From Promethearchaeati archaeon SRVP18_Atabeyarchaeia-1 (lineage in GTDB: Archaea > Asgardarchaeota > Atabeyarchaeia > Atabeyarchaeales > Atabeyarchaeaceae), in contig CP147779.1 in the NCBI GenBank assembly GCA_037308085.1, forward strand, positions 2,240,001 through 2,304,000: DNA of 64,000 nucleotides, written 5' to 3'. The translations under genes and the position numbers were made by a program. Of the stretch, positions 60,598-64,000 are shown in pieces (the stretch's first letter is position 1; each line of letters begins with the position of its first letter). Under the pieces are notes generated by a model. That model made no database searches, was not told the DNA's origin, and saw only the letters and a program-made list of their open reading frames with translations.

Positions 60598-62151
60598 TCA
60601 AAGAGGTATGTTGCCGTGTTTTCTTGCAGGTCGGCTCGTCCTCTTGTTTACGAGCGTCTCCAGTGCATTGATCAACCTCGGCCTAGTTTCCTTTGGCTCT
60701 ATGACGTCGTCTATGTAACCCCTTTCCGCGGTTATGTAGGGGTTTGCAAATTTCTCGCGGTACTCTTTCACAAGTCGCTCTCTTTCTTTCGCGGGATCTC
60801 CGGCCTTTTCGATTTCCTTTCTGAATATGATGTTGACAGCACCGTCAGGACCCATGACAGCGAGTTCTGCTCCTGGCCAAGCAACATTGTAGTCGGCCCC
60901 CACGTTTTTTGAATTTAGTACGTCAAAGGCTCCACCGTAGGCCTTGCGGGTTATCACTGTAAGTCTTGGCACCGTGGCTTCACAAAACGCGTAAAGCAAC
61001 TTTGATCCGTGCCTGATTATGCCACCGTGTTCTTGAATAGTTCCTGGCAGGAATCCTGGGACATCGACGAAAGTGAGAATGGGTATGTTGAAGCAGTCAC
61101 AGAACCTGACGAATCTTGCACCTTTCGTAGAGGAATCAATGTCCAGCGTTCCAGCGAGGAACTTCGGGTTGTTTCCAACTATTCCGATAGGTCTCCCGCC
61201 GAGCCTGCCAAAACCGATTATAATGTTCTGCGCCCACAATGGTTGAACCTCTAGGAACTCTCCATTATCAACGATATGTCTGACAACATCTCGCATATCG
61301 TACGGCTTGTTGGGGTCAACGGGCACTATGTGATTCAGCTCTTCGTCCACCCTGTTCGGGTCATCACCAGTCTCGACAATTGGTGGATCCTCCATGTTGT
61401 TGGAAGGTATGTAGCTGAGTAGCTTCCTGACTATGTCGAAGCACTCTTCCTCCGAGTTCGCGGAGAAGTGGGCGACTCCACTCTTCTGCATATGCACGGG
61501 AGCTCCCCCCAGCTGCTCCGATGTGACCTCCTCCTTTGTAACCGATTTCACGACATCGGGCCCTGTTATGTGCATGTATGATATCTTGTCCACCATGACT
61601 ATGAAGTCAGTCATCGCCGGTGAATAGACTGCACCACCAGCGCATGGTCCCATAATAGCTGAGATCTGTGGAATCACGCCAGAACTCAGCACATTCCTAT
61701 AGAAGATGTCAGCATAGCCTACTAGACTTGAGACACCCTCCTGTATCCTCGCACCTGCGCCATCATTCAAGCCTATGAGGGGAGCGCCGTTTCTGGCCGC
61801 CAAGTCCATTATTTTGCAGACCTTCTGGGCGAAAGCCTCCCCAAGAGAACCGCCAAAAACGGTGAAATCCTGTGAGAAGATATACACCAGTCTGCCGCTT
61901 ATTCTCCCCCATCCAGTGATGACGGCGTCGCCGAGAGGCCTGTTCTTTTCGGCTCCAAACATCATTGACTGATGTCTGACGAAGGGATCTACTTCTACGA
62001 AGCTTCCCTCGTCCAGTAGCTTCTCGACCCTCTCTCGGGCAGTAAGTTTCCCCGATTCGTGCTGCTTATCGAAGCGCCCTTTTCCCCCGCCAAGTTTACT
62101 TTGTTCCCTCATTTCCTTGAGCTTCTTTATCTTATCCTCCATGGTAGACAT
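60598..62151 (-). CDS. methylmalonyl-/propionyl-CoA carboxyltransferase (12S/MmdA/PccB type)
   Basis: [48 protein letters not shown]. Confidence 0.95.
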   Translation of the reverse strand: MSTMEDKIKKLKEMREQSKLGGGKGRFDKQHESGKLTARERVEKLLDEGSFVEVDPFVRHQSMMFGAEKNRPLGDAVITGWGRISGRLVYIFSQDFTVFGGSLGEAFAQKVCKIMDLAARNGAPLIGLNDGAGARIQEGVSSLVGYADIFYRNVLSSGVIPQISAIMGPCAGGAVYSPAMTDFIVMVDKISYMHITGPDVVKSVTKEEVTSEQLGGAPVHMQKSGVAHFSANSEEECFDIVRKLLSYIPSNNMEDPPIVETGDDPNRVDEELNHIVPVDPNKPYDMRDVVRHIVDNGEFLEVQPLWAQNIIIGFGRLGGRPIGIVGNNPKFLAGTLDIDSSTKGARFVRFCDCFNIPILTFVDVPGFLPGTIQEHGGIIRHGSKLLYAFCEATVPRLTVITRKAYGGAFDVLNSKNVGADYNVAWPGAELAVMGPDGAVNIIFRKEIEKAGDPAKERERLVKEYREKFANPYITAERGYIDDVIEPKETRPRLINALETLVNKRTSRPARKHGNIPL

Positions 62152-62233
62152 CCTGCAACGTCACACCCCAATATGCGAATCTCGACGATCAGAATGAATG
62201 GCAGTCGTACAAACGTGGATATTCAACACCGAC

Positions 62234-63208
62234 CTAGTGAGGTAATTTCTTCACTTTGCCCTTTATATTCTTTCTCGTTTTCGTCGCCAAGTGAATGCAG
62301 TCCCCCGACAGAATGGTGATCTCCTTCGCATTCCTTGTTCTCAGGATCAGGCCACCCCCAGGTGATATTCCTCTTCCAGTTCCCTCGTAAGTTGCCCCTT
62401 CACATTCTAATCTCACATCTGAACCAATGGTTGTGCACAGTCCCTCGTATTCTGACCAAAGCTCTTTGTCTTCTCCCCTTAAGAACAGGTCGTAATGGGT
62501 GTCCATCGTTTTCAGAATGCCGGCTATCAAGTCGTCTATTGATACGTTCTGTCTGACAAGTTTCCTTACTGATGTGGCTTCTGTCTTTAATCCTCGCGGC
62601 AGAGAGTCAGGATCAGTATTGGCGTTTATTCCTATACCAACGACCACGAACAGAGGCGTTTCACCTTGAAAGGTGCCTTCAGCTAGTATGCCGCAGATCT
62701 TCCTCTCCCCGACAAGAACGTCATTAGGCCACTTTAGCACGGCATCAATGGCGTAGAGCGTCCTCAGGGACTTGGCTACGGACAAGCCAGCAAGCAGAGT
62801 TAGCTTCTGAAGGGGGCGAATAGATGGGGGTCTCAATATGACAGACATCCAGACTCCGCCACGAGGAGAAAACCATTCCCTACCAAGTCGCCCTCTCCCA
62901 GCGCTCTGTGAGCCAGCAATTATGACGGTTCCTTCGGCTGCGCCCTCATCTGCCATCTTCTTGGCTTCATCGTTGGTTGATGAGGTCTCATCCAGATAGA
63001 CCATTTCTCCTCCAATGATGCGCGTATGAAGGATTCGCCTTATGTTCTCGACCGATACGTTATCCTTAGCGGAGTTGCGCGCAAGGTTCTTGTCAATTCG
63101 CCTCAACGTGGAATCACACGCCCATCTCAAGACGATTGGTGTTAGGATACATAGATATGACATTGGTTTCTCTGGACCATCGAGAGATGTGGCAATCGCC
63201 TCCTTCAC
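62234..63208 (-). CDS. birA: biotin--protein ligase (start uncertain)
   Basis: SSTND, QSAGRGRLGREW, KWPND, KICGIL, GIGIN. Confidence 0.93.
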   Translation of the reverse strand: MKEAIATSLDGPEKPMSYLCILTPIVLRWACDSTLRRIDKNLARNSAKDNVSVENIRRILHTRIIGGEMVYLDETSSTNDEAKKMADEGAAEGTVIIAGSQSAGRGRLGREWFSPRGGVWMSVILRPPSIRPLQKLTLLAGLSVAKSLRTLYAIDAVLKWPNDVLVGERKICGILAEGTFQGETPLFVVVGIGINANTDPDSLPRGLKTEATSVRKLVRQNVSIDDLIAGILKTMDTHYDLFLRGEDKELWSEYEGLCTTIGSDVRLECEGATYEGTGRGISPGGGLILRTRNAKEITILSGDCIHLATKTRKNIKGKVKKLPH

Positions 63209-63281
63209 AGACAGCCAAACTGCATGAGTGGATCCATTACGGTTCTTATGAAGAACCTGGGAAATTTGCTCTAGATTTTGA

Positions 63282-63686
63282 TTACTTCTTCGGTGTGCTT
63301 AGTTCGAGTAGGACACCATGCATGCTCTTTGGGTGAACGAAGGCTATCTTGTTTCCATCTGCTCCGATCCTTGGCTTCTTATCTATCAGTTCGACTCCTG
63401 ACTTGCTTAGCTTTGCCAACATCTTGTCTATATCATCGACTTCCAGGGATATGTGGTGGATCCCTTCACCCCGCTTGGCAATGAACCGACCTATGGGACC
63501 TTCCGGGTCTGTCGACTCCATGAGCTCTATTCTTGATTCGCCGATCGGGATCATTGCAGATTTCACTTTCTGCTCATCAACTGTCTCAATGCCAGATACT
63601 CTTAGACCAAGAACATCTGAATACAACTTTATTGCCTCATTCATGTTGTTAACGGCGACGCCAATATGACTGATCTTCTTGAACAT
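63282..63686 (-). CDS. mce: methylmalonyl-CoA epimerase
   Basis: HIGVAV, EQKVK, IELME, GEGIHHI, AFVHPKSMHGVLLEL. Confidence 0.93.
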   Translation of the reverse strand: MFKKISHIGVAVNNMNEAIKLYSDVLGLRVSGIETVDEQKVKSAMIPIGESRIELMESTDPEGPIGRFIAKRGEGIHHISLEVDDIDKMLAKLSKSGVELIDKKPRIGADGNKIAFVHPKSMHGVLLELSTPKK

Positions 63687-63841
63687 ACACTTCTCGACCT
63701 CCTAGTAGCTTGACGGGGTAAGCACCTTCGGGGTTGAGAGTCCAATAGAAGAGATTTGATATAAGAATCTATTTAGAGTGGAATCATCGGCTTCCAGTTC
63801 GGGAGAATTCCCTATGTGACTGCGCCTTTGGAAGTGCCCAC

Positions 63842-64000
63842 TTAACCTGGGTTGAAGTCAGCACGGGAGTCGAGTTCCGTTCTTCTCAGCATTAATGCAG
63901 ATGTAACCGGGCAAAGCTCTTTGAATTCGGTGGTGTCCCGTATCGGCGCCGGCGCTCTGTTTCGTTTGACTTTATGGAAGCCCAATTGAGCGAAGAACCG
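63842..64000 (-). CDS. 3' end of an ArsN2-like GNAT N-acetyltransferase (partial, not in the ORF track)
   Basis: RFFAQLGFHKVKRNRAPAPIRDTTEFKELCPVTSALM matches the FF..LGF...P..I..T.EF..LCP C-terminus of that family. Confidence 0.7.
   Translation of the reverse strand, partial: RFFAQLGFHKVKRNRAPAPIRDTTEFKELCPVTSALMLRRTELDSRADFNPG

Noticed and set aside
1-64000. CRISPR arrays, tRNA/rRNA genes, transposases or integrases
   Set aside because: No regularly spaced repeats, T-loop/cloverleaf motifs or recombinase ORFs seen by eye; tRNAscan-SE and Infernal would be needed to exclude them fully

Overview
A gene-dense archaeal chromosomal window of roughly 50% GC (by eye), with TATA-type promoters, GGAGG/GGTG Shine-Dalgarno sites and many GTG/TTG starts. 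It is most likely from an Asgard archaeon. That is inferred from several eukaryotic-signature genes: an Arf-like small GTPase, a DENN-like protein, a TM-HEAT-RING protein, a roadblock-like protein and a presenilin-like protein. Most of the window is metabolism and transport: OPT, MFS, Dpp/Opp ABC, CLC and ABC-2 transporters, GH1 and GH94-like glycoside enzymes, a class III aminotransferase, class II LysRS, AlaX, and a biotin-dependent methylmalonyl-CoA/pyruvate carboxyltransferase cluster. The best candidate for a new system is a three-gene operon at 20085-22383 encoding an Arf-like GTPase, a stand-alone 7-TM protein and a DENN-like protein, i.e. a possible receptor/GTPase/GEF module. Other notable items are two tandem KaiC-like ATPases lacking the Walker A lysine next to a double-Lrp regulator and a roadblock gene, a presenilin homolog with altered motifs, a DMT transporter-RAM fusion, likely ATT and CTG start codons, and a structured intergenic element. 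I saw no rRNA, tRNA, CRISPR array or transposase. All assignments come from reading motifs by eye; no searches were run.
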